Source: Victivallales bacterium
GTDB taxonomy: Bacteria > Verrucomicrobiota > Lentisphaeria > Victivallales > UBA1829
Assembly (NCBI GenBank): GCA_045592785.1
Contig: JAZNVL010000017.1
Location: forward strand, 1,505 to 65,504
Direction: 5' to 3'
Length of the DNA stretch: 64,000 bases
Shown: one piece after another, positions 40,726 to 49,968 of the stretch
Layout of the letters: every line of letters starts with the position of its first letter
Numbering within the stretch: the stretch's first letter is position 1
Notes under the pieces: generated by a model
The model's input: the letters and a program-made list of their open reading frames with translations, nothing else
Databases searched by the model: none
What the model was told of the DNA's origin: nothing
Position numbers and translations under genes: made by a program

Positions 40726-41726
40726 TTCATGCGCTCCAGATAAGCATCCATTCTGTCATTGTTGCCCCAGTTGAAATCTCTGGGACAACGTCCGATCTCG
40801 TATTCCAGACCCTTGTAAAGGGGCATCAGTTCTTCCTGCTTCATGCCGGTCGCCGCCAATACTTTGCTGTTGTCCATAACGCGTTCGAAAAGACGGTCAT
40901 AATCCAGCTGCCAGCGGTTGGCGTAAGCATAGGGCTGTTCCGGATCGACGATGATGTTGAGATAGTCTTCCTTATCCACCCAGACACTTTCCAATCCGCA
41001 GATGTCTTTGTAGTAGTCCGCGATCTCGCCCCAGGTGTGATGTTCTGCGGTTGCAACGGTGAAGATCTCGCCCAGTGCTTTTTCGTTGAAAAGCAGATTG
41101 GCAAGCATCATGGCGATATCGCCCGCCCAGGACATGGTCGCCTGCACGTTTTTCGCCTGAATGGGCAGCACGGTCTTTTTGCCCTGGAATGCGCGTCCGA
41201 CGGTATTGGAGGCTTCGTGTGTGACGAGCTGATACCGCATGAGGGAGTATGTGATCGCCGGGCGGACCGCGGTCCAGTTCTTCCGGGGCATACTCAGGAG
41301 GATGTTTTCTCCGCGTGCCTTGTAAACGCTGTAGTCATCGGAATTACGCAGGGGGATATTTTCGCTGGCATCGAGCAGGCGGGGAGAGGTCTCTTTGATG
41401 GGGACTTCTTTGTTGTCATAGATCCGGTAGGAGGAGAAATAGATGTACTGATCGGTACTTCTCAACATCCAGGGCAGAGCCCAGCACAGTTCACGGGTCG
41501 GATAAATGAGGAAGTCCACGATGGCATCGTATCCTCTGGAAAGCAGTTCCCGCAGATATTCGGGATCTTTTGCATTTTCCACTTTGTGAAAATTGGCGCC
41601 GGCAAAGGGGACCCGGGGCTCAAAATTGGCGATGGCATCCACGGTATAACCGCGTTTCACCAGGATCGGGACAAGATGCTGTCCCATTGCTCCGGTCGCG
41701 CCGAGAACAAGAACTCGTTTGCTCAT
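40722..41726 (-). CDS. NAD-dependent epimerase/dehydratase-like extended SDR
   Basis: VLGATGAMG, SSYRIY, YSVYK, RPAITY. Confidence 0.85.
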   Translation of the reverse strand: MSKRVLVLGATGAMGQHLVPILVKRGYTVDAIANFEPRVPFAGANFHKVENAKDPEYLRELLSRGYDAIVDFLIYPTRELCWALPWMLRSTDQYIYFSSYRIYDNKEVPIKETSPRLLDASENIPLRNSDDYSVYKARGENILLSMPRKNWTAVRPAITYSLMRYQLVTHEASNTVGRAFQGKKTVLPIQAKNVQATMSWAGDIAMMLANLLFNEKALGEIFTVATAEHHTWGEIADYYKDICGLESVWVDKEDYLNIIVDPEQPYAYANRWQLDYDRLFERVMDNSKVLAATGMKQEELMPLYKGLEYEIGRCPRDFNWGNNDRMDAYLERMK

Positions 41727-41738
41727 TGTATATTCTCC

Positions 41739-42527
41739 TTACTGGACGTCATCGATGTGGAAGGGGATGTTGCCCAGAACGGCGCGGAATGCGGTAATGG
41801 TGGGCTGACTGAAATATCCCAGGTTCGGAGCCTGATAACCGGGAACAGCAAAGGAAATGCTGGATCCCAGGATCGGGCTCATATAACGGTGCAGACGGCT
41901 CCATTTTCCGCCGCAGAGATGCACGAAGGGCTGTTTGATCTCGCGATTGAGGAGCATGGTGGTGCGTACGGCTTCCAGAAATTCCGCTTCCGTATTGCAT
42001 GCGGTCACGATCTTCAGGATGTCGGCACCGCGTTCCGCCTGTGCCTGCAGATGCGCCAGAACTTCTTCCGCAGTACGGGCTTTGCTGAGCATGTGGCTGG
42101 ACATGATGACTTTTCCGCCCTTGTCGTGGATCTTCCGGATCAGTTCTTTCTGTTTTTCGATGGCGACGGGATCGGTGGCAAGTTCGTATTCCGCAGGACC
42201 GAACAGGTCGCCCATGACGTCCACCACTTCGGCGCCGGCATCCACGGCATCCAGAAGATGCTGCTGACGGGCTTCGTCGTTATTCCCGTGGACTTTGCAA
42301 CTGCGGTAAAGGATGAACATGAAGGGCAGGTGCACTTCATTCATCAGCATGGCGAAGTTATCTTTGGTACGTTCTTCCAGCGGAATATTTTCCATCTGGA
42401 TTGCCACGGCATCCGCGCCCTGGAATTCCGCGGTACGGGCGGTTGCCAGTGCTTCGGAGATGCTGTTGGGGACGCAAAGCAGGGTGACTGCCGGTTTCTG
42501 ACGATTGAAAAATGACTTCTTCAACAT
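41739..42527 (-). CDS. Divergent type I 3-dehydroquinate dehydratase-fold enzyme
   Basis: GADAV, YRS, VIMSSH (catalytic His), GADILKIV (Schiff-base Lys), GSSISFA. Confidence 0.75.
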   Translation of the reverse strand: MLKKSFFNRQKPAVTLLCVPNSISEALATARTAEFQGADAVAIQMENIPLEERTKDNFAMLMNEVHLPFMFILYRSCKVHGNNDEARQQHLLDAVDAGAEVVDVMGDLFGPAEYELATDPVAIEKQKELIRKIHDKGGKVIMSSHMLSKARTAEEVLAHLQAQAERGADILKIVTACNTEAEFLEAVRTTMLLNREIKQPFVHLCGGKWSRLHRYMSPILGSSISFAVPGYQAPNLGYFSQPTITAFRAVLGNIPFHIDDVQ

Positions 42528-42573
42528 GTGTTGATCCTTTCCTGTTGTTGTTTGGAATTACGGGAGATACTAT

Positions 42574-42602
42574 AATATAATGTGTGAACAATGATAATTC
42601 AA
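42574..42602 (-). promoter_or_regulatory. Promoter of the dehydratase/oxidoreductase operon
   Basis: Minus strand TTGAAT-N17-TATATT. Confidence 0.55.
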
Positions 42603-42676
42603 CCTGTGAAACGGAAAAATCACGAAAAAACATCCGGAAAAATCATCTGAAAACGGCGGTTTTCTTTCTATAAAAC

Positions 42677-42705
42677 TTGAAATACGCGCTGCGCGGTATT
42701 ATATT
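42677..42705 (+). promoter_or_regulatory. Promoter of dapL-ilvB
   Basis: TTGAAA-N17-TATATT. Confidence 0.6.
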
Positions 42706-42745
42706 ACCGGATGTTCATTTACATTAATGAAAGGAAAACAGGACC

Positions 42746-43984
42746 ATGGAAGAAAATTTCCTGCAGGAAAATTTTGCCGCCCGGATCGGCGGTAACATGT
42801 TTGGTAAGGATACCAAAATCTATAAGTTCGAAAAGATCAAAAGAGCCAAACGCGCCGCAGCCGCCGCAAATCCCGGGGTGGAACTCATCGATATGGGCGT
42901 GGGCGAACCCGATGATATGGCGTTCCCCGCAGTTGTGGAAACACTCTGCAAAGAAGCCGCAAACTGGGAAAACCGTATCTATGCCGATAACGGCTGCGCC
43001 GATTTCAAAGCCGCCGCCGCCCGGTATATGAAGAGCCTTTACGGCGTGGAACTGGATGCCGATACCGAAATCGTTCATGCCATCGGCAGCAAATCCGCGC
43101 TGACTCTGCTCCCCGCATGTTTCATCAATCCCGGCGACATCACCATCATGACCGTCCCCGGTTACCCCGTCATGGGCACCTGGACCAAATATCTGGGCGG
43201 TGAAGTGGTGAACCTTCCGCTTCTGGAAGAAAACGGATTCCTTCCGGATCTGGATTCCCTCACCGAAGATCAGCGCAAACGTGCGAAACTGTTGTATCTG
43301 AACTATCCGAACAATCCGACGGGCGCCTCTGCCAGTGTGGAATTCTTCACCAAAGCGGTGAAATTTGCACAGGAAAACCAGATCCTCATCGTCAGTGATG
43401 CGGCGTATGCTCCCCTCAATTTCGTTGGGAAACCCCTGAGCATCCTCTCCATCCCCGGCGCAATGGATTGCTGTATCGAACTGCACAGTATGTCCAAAGG
43501 CTTCAACATGACCGGATGGCGTTTGAGCTGGGTCTGCGGAAATCCGCTGGCAGTGAAAGCCTTCGCAACCGTGAAAGACAATGCGGACAGCGGACAGTTC
43601 CTGGCAGTGCAGAAAGCCGCCATCGCCGCTCTGGATGATCAGGCGACCATTACGCCCGCCATCAGCGAAAAATACGAACGCCGTCTCACCAGCATGGTGG
43701 AAACATTGAAGAAACTCGGGTTCAACGCGAAAGTTCCCGCCGGTTCCTTCTACCTGTATGTGAAGGCACCGAAAGCTTCTTCCGACGGCAGTGTGTTCGC
43801 TTCCGGCGAAGATTTCAGCCAGTGGCTCATCAAGAACAAACTCATCAGTTCTGTTCCCTGGGATGATGCCGGTCCCTACGTCCGTTTCTCCGCCACCTTT
43901 GTGGCACGCGGCGGACGGGAAGAGGAAGAACGTGTTCTGGCGGAATTCGCGCGCCGTCTCTCCGACGCCAAGTTTGAATTTTGA
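42746..43984 (+). CDS. dapL: LL-diaminopimelate aminotransferase
   Basis: RIGGNMFGK...YKFEKIKRAK, DMGVGEPD, IGSK, NYPNNPTG, DAAY, SMSKGFNMTGWR, NADSGQF. Confidence 0.9.
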   Translation: MEENFLQENFAARIGGNMFGKDTKIYKFEKIKRAKRAAAAANPGVELIDMGVGEPDDMAFPAVVETLCKEAANWENRIYADNGCADFKAAAARYMKSLYGVELDADTEIVHAIGSKSALTLLPACFINPGDITIMTVPGYPVMGTWTKYLGGEVVNLPLLEENGFLPDLDSLTEDQRKRAKLLYLNYPNNPTGASASVEFFTKAVKFAQENQILIVSDAAYAPLNFVGKPLSILSIPGAMDCCIELHSMSKGFNMTGWRLSWVCGNPLAVKAFATVKDNADSGQFLAVQKAAIAALDDQATITPAISEKYERRLTSMVETLKKLGFNAKVPAGSFYLYVKAPKASSDGSVFASGEDFSQWLIKNKLISSVPWDDAGPYVRFSATFVARGGREEEERVLAEFARRLSDAKFEF

Positions 43985-44004
43985 CCATTTCAGGAACTCC
44001 CGCT

Positions 44005-45732
44005 ATGAAAACAGGCAAATCTGCACAACGCAAAAAGAACCTCCCCGTCAAGGGCGCGGATGTCGTAATACAATGTCTGGAAAATGCCGGCGTCGATATG
44101 ATCTTTGCATATCCCGGCGGACAGTCCATTGAATTGCATCAGGCTCTCACCCGGAAACCGGGGATCCGGGTCATCCTCCCCCGGCATGAACAGGGCGGAG
44201 CGTTTGCAGCTGTGGGATATGCCCGCGCCACCGGGCGGACCGGTGTGTGCATGGCGACCAGCGGACCCGGTGCCACCAATCTGATCACCGGGATCGCGGA
44301 TGCCTACATGGATTCCGTTCCCACGGTCTTCATCACAGGACAGGTCCCTCTGGCATTCATCGGGAAAAATGCGTTCCAGGAAACAGATATCATCGGTATC
44401 ACCCGCCCCATCGTGAAACACAGCTTCCTCGTTTTGAAAGCGGAAGACATTCCCGCCATCATGAACGATGCGTTCCGCCTGGCGAATTCCGGGCGGCCTG
44501 GACCGGTGGTGGTAGACGTGCCGAAAAATATTCAGCAGCAGGTCTTCACCCCGGAATACCCGGAAAACCCCTACGGACTGGATTACACGGCACTTCATCC
44601 TGTCATTGACGAACAGGATTTCAAACAGTTGCGCAAGTGGATCCTGAGCGCACGGCGTCCCTGTATTTATGCGGGCGGCGGGATCATCACTGCCGGGGCT
44701 TCGGAAGAACTCCGGAAGTTTGCCCGTGGGTATAACATCCCGGTGACCTCCACCATCCATGCGCTGGGCGCGTTCCCTGACGATGATCCGCTTTCTCTGC
44801 TCTGGTTGGGAATGCACGGGTCATACGCCGCCAATTACGCCGCCAATGAGTGTGATCTGCTGTTGACGTTCGGTGCCCGGTTCGATGACCGCGTGACCGG
44901 GCCGACTGCCACCTTTGCGCCCGATGCGACCATCGTGCATGTGGATATCGACTGGTCGGAAGTCAACAAGAACAAACGGGTCGCCATGGGTATGCTGGCG
45001 GATGTGAAAGATGTGCTCACGCGCCTCAATGCCCAGCCTGTCCGGTTGGAAAACAGGGAATGGCACAGACAGATCGCGGAATGGAAGAAGGAATATCCTG
45101 CCCGCACTTACAAGAAAACAAAACTGCCCCAGCCCCAGCAGATCGTGGAGACACTCTCCCGCCTGACCAATGGCGAAGCCATCATCGTGCCGGGTGTGGG
45201 ACAGCATCAGATGTGGGCTGCGCAGTATTATCATTACTCCAAGCCCCGGCAGTTCCTCACGTCCGGCGGACTGGGCTCCATGGGCTTCGGTCTCCCGGCT
45301 GCCATGGGTGCGAAACTGGCGTGTCCGGATGCCGTGGTGATCAATATCGACGGTGACGGTTCCTTCCAGATGAACATTCAGGAGCTCGCCACATTGAGCG
45401 TGGAAAAGATCCCGGTGAAGATGATCCTGCTGAACAATCAGCATCTGGGCATGGTGGCACAGTGGGAAGACCGGTTCTACGATTCCAACAGAGGAAATAC
45501 CATTCTCAAAAATGATTATGTCCCCGGGTTCTACCCCGATTTCGTCACCATTGCCAAAGGGTACGGCATTCCCGCCATCTCTGTGACGAAACGCGATCAG
45601 GTGGAAGACGCCATCCGCACCATGCTGGAAACGGATGGACCGTTCCTGCTGGATTGTCATACGGGTTATCACGAACATGTACTGCCCATGATCCCGCCGG
45701 GCAAGACGTACCGTGATATCATTACGTCATAA
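44005..45732 (+). CDS. ilvB: Acetolactate synthase large subunit
   Basis: YPGG, RHEQG, TSGPGATN, GARFDDRVTG, GVGQHQMW, GDGSFQMN, MVAQWE. Confidence 0.96.
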   Translation: MKTGKSAQRKKNLPVKGADVVIQCLENAGVDMIFAYPGGQSIELHQALTRKPGIRVILPRHEQGGAFAAVGYARATGRTGVCMATSGPGATNLITGIADAYMDSVPTVFITGQVPLAFIGKNAFQETDIIGITRPIVKHSFLVLKAEDIPAIMNDAFRLANSGRPGPVVVDVPKNIQQQVFTPEYPENPYGLDYTALHPVIDEQDFKQLRKWILSARRPCIYAGGGIITAGASEELRKFARGYNIPVTSTIHALGAFPDDDPLSLLWLGMHGSYAANYAANECDLLLTFGARFDDRVTGPTATFAPDATIVHVDIDWSEVNKNKRVAMGMLADVKDVLTRLNAQPVRLENREWHRQIAEWKKEYPARTYKKTKLPQPQQIVETLSRLTNGEAIIVPGVGQHQMWAAQYYHYSKPRQFLTSGGLGSMGFGLPAAMGAKLACPDAVVINIDGDGSFQMNIQELATLSVEKIPVKMILLNNQHLGMVAQWEDRFYDSNRGNTILKNDYVPGFYPDFVTIAKGYGIPAISVTKRDQVEDAIRTMLETDGPFLLDCHTGYHEHVLPMIPPGKTYRDIITS

Positions 45733-45859
45733 ATCTGTTCGTACAGATTTCCGGAAACTGCTTTTATTATCCCCTTGTATTCTGCCTTTTTGCGTGTAAG
45801 GTAGCATACAGGGGGATATTCTATGTCCCGGAGTGCAACCATTAAAAAAGGAGGGTAAA

Positions 45860-46378
45860 ATGGAAAGCAAAGCACAAAAACTCGTGAACATGGATATGGA
45901 CACACTGCTCCGTATGCTCAACAAAGCCTATGCCGATGAATGGCTGGCGTTTCTTCAGTATTGGACCGCCGCCCACACCGTCAAAGGAATGCTCCGCCGG
46001 GAAGTGGTCAAAGAACTCATGGAACACGCCATGGAGGAATTCGAACACGCGCGGAAACTGGCGGAACGGATCGAACAGCTGGGCGGAAATGTACTGCTGA
46101 CACCCGAAGAATTGATCCGGGAGGCGAATTGTGCGTATGTCAGCCCGTCGAAAGCCTGCAGCGGGAAGATCGTGGATCAGACAATCGCCAGTGAACGGTG
46201 TGCCATTGCGGTGTACCGGCGTATGCTGGAAGAGACCCACGGACGGGATATGGTGACGTATCATCTGGCGTTGGAACTGTTGAAGGAGGAACTGGATCAC
46301 GAAGCGGAATTTCTGCAGATCCGGGAAGACCTTGACAGCATCAAAACAGCGATGCAGGACCAGTGTTGTCCGAAATAA
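45860..46378 (+). CDS. DPS-like (DPSL/thioferritin) ferritin-family protein
   Basis: AYADEWLA..QYW, EEFEHA, ERIEQLGG, Cys pair ANC / SERCAI, EELDHE. Confidence 0.85.
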   Translation: MESKAQKLVNMDMDTLLRMLNKAYADEWLAFLQYWTAAHTVKGMLRREVVKELMEHAMEEFEHARKLAERIEQLGGNVLLTPEELIREANCAYVSPSKACSGKIVDQTIASERCAIAVYRRMLEETHGRDMVTYHLALELLKEELDHEAEFLQIREDLDSIKTAMQDQCCPK

Positions 46379-46403
46379 AACGTAAAAAAACGGATTGACG
46401 CGT

Positions 46404-46444
46404 TGCAGTTTTTCCCTGAAAACGGGGAAAAACTGCATTTTTTT
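46404..46444 (+). terminator. Intrinsic terminator after the DPSL gene
   Basis: TGCAGTTTTTCCCTG / CGGGGAAAAACTGCA plus T run. Confidence 0.85.
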
Positions 46445-46590
46445 CATAAAAAATCGAAAAAAAAAGAAAACTTTTCCAAAAAGCGGCTTGACATGATGAA
46501 GTTCTGCATTATGTTAGCAAACGAAGGCCGGTCTTCGGAAGATCGGAGACAGTAAGAAACCTGAATACTAAAACAGTGAAAGGCAGCAGA

Positions 46591-46866
46591 ATGATCACAG
46601 CAATGATTCTGGTGAATGTGGAGCGTTCAATGCTCCAGAGTGTGATGGATGAAATCCTCGCAGTTGACGGTATCGTGGAAATCCACTCCGTCGTCGGCGA
46701 ATATGATTTGGCAGCAATTGCCCGCGTGGAAACCAATCAGCAGCTTTCCATGATCATCGCGGATAAAATGTGTTCTCAGATCAAGGGAATCACCCACACC
46801 AAGACCCTCATTACTCTCGGCTCTCAGTTCAAATACGATGCCGAAGCCGCTTACGGCCTCAAGTAA
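46591..46866 (+). CDS. Stand-alone Lrp/AsnC ligand-binding (RAM) domain protein
   Basis: MITAMILVNVE, VDGIVEIHSVVGEYDL, GITHTKTLI; no HTH. Confidence 0.88.
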   Translation: MITAMILVNVERSMLQSVMDEILAVDGIVEIHSVVGEYDLAAIARVETNQQLSMIIADKMCSQIKGITHTKTLITLGSQFKYDAEAAYGLK

Positions 46867-47612
46867 TGAGATCGCTGCATCTGGCAGCCCGTCTTGCAAA
46901 AACCGGAAAGCTCCTGGAGCTTCTCCGGTTTTTTTTACCCCTGGAGTGTCCCGTCTGCGGCGGTCAGCCCTTTGACGGTTCTCCCAATATGTTATGCAAG
47001 GATTGTCTGCAGAAGATCGAATTCCTGACCCCGCCCGTGTGTCCCATGTGCGGTTGCGAATACAACGGACTGCTGGATGTCTGCCCGCTGTGTCTGCAAA
47101 GCGGGAAACGTCCGTGGGACGGAGCGCTTTCCGTATTCCGGATGAATGGGCTTGTGAAGGAACTGCTGCATAACTGCAAATATCACAAACAGCCGGAACT
47201 GGCGGCACTTCTTGGCGAACTCTGTCTGCTTTCGCTCCGCAACAATATGCCGCACATCGATTGCATCGTGCCGGTCCCCCTGCATTGGAGACGGTTCCTG
47301 CAGCGTGGATTCAATCAGTCGGAAGAACTCTCCAAACGTCTCGGGCAAGGTCTCGGGATCCCGGTAGTGAATGCACTCCGGCGTAAAAAATACACGAAAC
47401 AGCAGGCAAAATTGGGAAAAGAGGCAAGAATTTCAAATTTATCCGGTGCTTTTTCAATAAATCATTCGACTTTTGTCGAAAAGCGTGCTATATTATTAGT
47501 AGATGATGTAATGACGACTGGTGCTACGTTATCGGCAGCGGCGCGTGTCCTGAAACGGGCAGGTGCGGCAAAGGTTTATGTTTTTACGGTTGCACGAAGA
47601 CAAAGGAATTGA
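46866..47612 (+). CDS. comF: ComF-family protein (double zinc ribbon plus phosphoribosyltransferase)
   Basis: Four CXXC pairs, PVPLH, RGFNQS, LLVDDVMTTGAT. Confidence 0.9.
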   Translation: MRSLHLAARLAKTGKLLELLRFFLPLECPVCGGQPFDGSPNMLCKDCLQKIEFLTPPVCPMCGCEYNGLLDVCPLCLQSGKRPWDGALSVFRMNGLVKELLHNCKYHKQPELAALLGELCLLSLRNNMPHIDCIVPVPLHWRRFLQRGFNQSEELSKRLGQGLGIPVVNALRRKKYTKQQAKLGKEARISNLSGAFSINHSTFVEKRAILLVDDVMTTGATLSAAARVLKRAGAAKVYVFTVARRQRN

Positions 47613-47614
47613 AT

Positions 47615-48502
47615 ATGGCTGTTTTATTTAACAGAAATCCGAAACTGGCGGATGGCGATCTGGCATCCGATGCAGTCGCGGCGGAAGTACCGCGGAGGAA
47701 AGAGATCCCCGAAGGTCTTTGGGAAAAATGCAAGCAGTGTGAAGAAACCATTTTTACCAAGCAGAAAGAGGAAGACTGGAATATCTGTCCGAAATGCGGT
47801 TATCATTATCCCCTTTCCGCATGGAGACGGATCGAACTCCTTACCGATGAAGGATCCTTTCAGGAGATCGATGCCGACCTGGAATCCGTGGATACCCTCA
47901 AATTCGAAGGGGTCGCATCCTATGTCGAAAAACTCGCTTCCAATAAAAAGAAAACCGGACTCAAAGATGCCGTTATCTGCGGGGAAGCCACCCTCGACGG
48001 GAAGCCTTTCGCTCTGGGTGTGATGGATTTCCGGTTCCTCGGTGCAAGTATGGGCGCGGTCGTGGGCGAAAAGATCACCCGCATCACCGAATATGCAACC
48101 GCGAAAAAACTCCCGCTGGTCATCGTGACTGCCAGCGGCGGCGCACGCATGTATGAAGGCATGATCAGTCTCATGCAGATGGCAAAGACCAGCGGCGCTC
48201 TCGATCGTCATAAAGAAGCAAAACTGCCTTATATCGTCATTATGACACATCCCACCACCGCAGGCGTGACTGCCAGTTTCGCTTCCCTGGGGGATCTGGT
48301 TCTGGCGGAACCGGGCGCGTTGATCGGGTTTGCCGGTCCCCGCGTGATCAAGGATACCACACAGGCGCAATTGCCCGAAGGATTCCAGACTGCGGAGTTC
48401 CTTTTGCGCAAGGGAATGATCGATCGCATCATTGATCGGAAAAAATTACGCGAAGAACTTAGTTTTTGCCTTGATTTTTTCGTTTCAGGGTGTAAAGTAT
48501 AA
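47615..48502 (+). CDS. accD: Acetyl-CoA carboxylase carboxyltransferase beta subunit
   Basis: PEGLWEKC..C...CPKCGYH, GASMGAVVGEKI, SGGARM, GFAGPRVI, FQTAEFLL. Confidence 0.96.
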   Translation: MAVLFNRNPKLADGDLASDAVAAEVPRRKEIPEGLWEKCKQCEETIFTKQKEEDWNICPKCGYHYPLSAWRRIELLTDEGSFQEIDADLESVDTLKFEGVASYVEKLASNKKKTGLKDAVICGEATLDGKPFALGVMDFRFLGASMGAVVGEKITRITEYATAKKLPLVIVTASGGARMYEGMISLMQMAKTSGALDRHKEAKLPYIVIMTHPTTAGVTASFASLGDLVLAEPGALIGFAGPRVIKDTTQAQLPEGFQTAEFLLRKGMIDRIIDRKKLREELSFCLDFFVSGCKV

Positions 48503-48540
48503 GAGTAACAGGTACACAAGGTACCGCAGATGGTGATTTT

Positions 48541-48648
48541 GCCGGATGCCGGACCCTGTGCGTTGGAATTTCTGTGAACCGGGTCAGGTTGGGAACAAAG
48601 CAGCCCTAAGCAGAAACGCCAGGCGCCGCAGGTGTTCTGTCATCCGGC
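48541..48648 (+). ncRNA. ffs: Signal recognition particle 4.5S RNA
   Basis: Domain IV GTCAGG-TTG-GGAA-CAA-AGCAGC within a long hairpin closed by GCCGGATG/CATCCGGC and followed by a T run. Confidence 0.9.
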
Positions 48649-48653
48649 TTTTT

Positions 48654-49886
48654 TTATTGTTCCGGGAGAGCCTCTTTCCGGATCATGCGGAGCGCGGGGA
48701 ACATCAGAACGAACAGCAGGAACAGGATCCCTGCGCTGGAGAAAAAGATACTGCGTACCCCGAATTGATAAGTCAGCCCGGCGGCAAAGAAGGAACAGAC
48801 CAATCCGCCGAGAGAACTCATGCTTGCCTGCCATCCGAAGACACTGCCCTGGTATTCCGGTTTCGTGATCTTCAACAGCAGGATCTGTATGACCGGGGTA
48901 AATCCGGCAGCCATGAATATCACAAAGAACCGGCTGATGATCAGCGATAATATATCACGGGAACACGCCTGGAATATTGCCCCCGTCCCGCAAAAAAACA
49001 ACAGCACATACATCAGACGTTCCGGCTTGAATTTTTCGCAGAACCAGCCGACTGAAAGCCCGGCAAGCACGCCGCCCACCGATGCCGCCGAACTGATGAT
49101 TCCGGTATACAATGCCGCTTCTTTGATCCCTACGATATGTTCGGTCAGGACCGGGATAAAGGGGTCTTCCATCCGCCGGGAAATGGAAAAAATGAAAGCG
49201 ATCCCGAGCAGCCAGAGTAAGGCGGGCGATGCCAGTTCACGCAATTTGAGTTTTTCCGCCTTTTCTTTGACCATGGGCACAAAGTTTTCCCGCGTGAATA
49301 TGTGGACCAGCAATGCACTGGTCAGATAGACCGAACCACACGCCATAAATGACGTGAAGTACCCGAAGTAATGGACAAGTAATCCCCCCACAAGGTAGCC
49401 TGCCACATGACCGCATTCCATGACCGCAAGCAGTGTCCCCAATATCATGCCGTGTTTTTCTTTCGGGGACGTGGTGACAAGCAGTGTACGCGCCGGGACA
49501 ACGGTCCCTGCAAGAAAACAGCTGATCAGACGGATCAGCAGCAGCACCCATATATTCGGGGCAAAATACATCAGTGGATAAGTGAATGTGGCGGCATAAC
49601 TGGCACGCAGCAGCATCCGTTTCCGTCCGAAACGGTCCGCAAGACGTCCCCAGAAGGGATATGCCAGGGTCAATGCGATCATGCCAGCCATAAAGTACAG
49701 GGAGACATAAACGCCCCGCAACTGTTCATCCACGATCCCCAGATTTTCCCGTATGAACAGAGGGATAAAGGGCTGACAGCATCCGGTTCCGACCATTGCC
49801 AGGAATTGGGCGATCGCAACGATGACGAGATTGAGTTTCCAGTTGATTTCTTTTTGCGGCATATCGGTTACCATTATACATTTCAT
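48654..49886 (-). CDS. MFS transporter (DHA1/MdtG-like)
   Basis: WKLNL, PFIPLFI, PFWGRLADRFGRKRMLLRA, about 12 TM; start could be 49874 or 49862. Confidence 0.9.
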   Translation of the reverse strand: MKCIMVTDMPQKEINWKLNLVIVAIAQFLAMVGTGCCQPFIPLFIRENLGIVDEQLRGVYVSLYFMAGMIALTLAYPFWGRLADRFGRKRMLLRASYAATFTYPLMYFAPNIWVLLLIRLISCFLAGTVVPARTLLVTTSPKEKHGMILGTLLAVMECGHVAGYLVGGLLVHYFGYFTSFMACGSVYLTSALLVHIFTRENFVPMVKEKAEKLKLRELASPALLWLLGIAFIFSISRRMEDPFIPVLTEHIVGIKEAALYTGIISSAASVGGVLAGLSVGWFCEKFKPERLMYVLLFFCGTGAIFQACSRDILSLIISRFFVIFMAAGFTPVIQILLLKITKPEYQGSVFGWQASMSSLGGLVCSFFAAGLTYQFGVRSIFFSSAGILFLLFVLMFPALRMIRKEALPEQ

Positions 49887-49947
49887 TTATACAATATGGT
49901 AATATACGCATAAAACGGAGAAATGCAAATCGTATTTTATTATAGTT

Positions 49948-49968
49948 ATTATAACCCGAGGTTATAAT
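49948..49968. promoter_or_regulatory. Palindromic putative LysR recognition site
   Basis: ATTATAACC-CGA-GGTTATAAT contains T-N11-A and lies about 65 bp upstream of the predicted MFS transcription start (TTGCAT-N16-TATATT, 49928 to 49901). Confidence 0.55.

Noticed and set aside
46516-46590. Leader of the RAM-domain gene with GCAAAC, a hairpin (46528-46546) and GGCAGC, faintly like a c-di-GMP-I riboswitch
   Set aside because: It lacks the GNRA-capped P2, the GACGCAAAG junction and a convincing P3. An Rfam scan would be needed.
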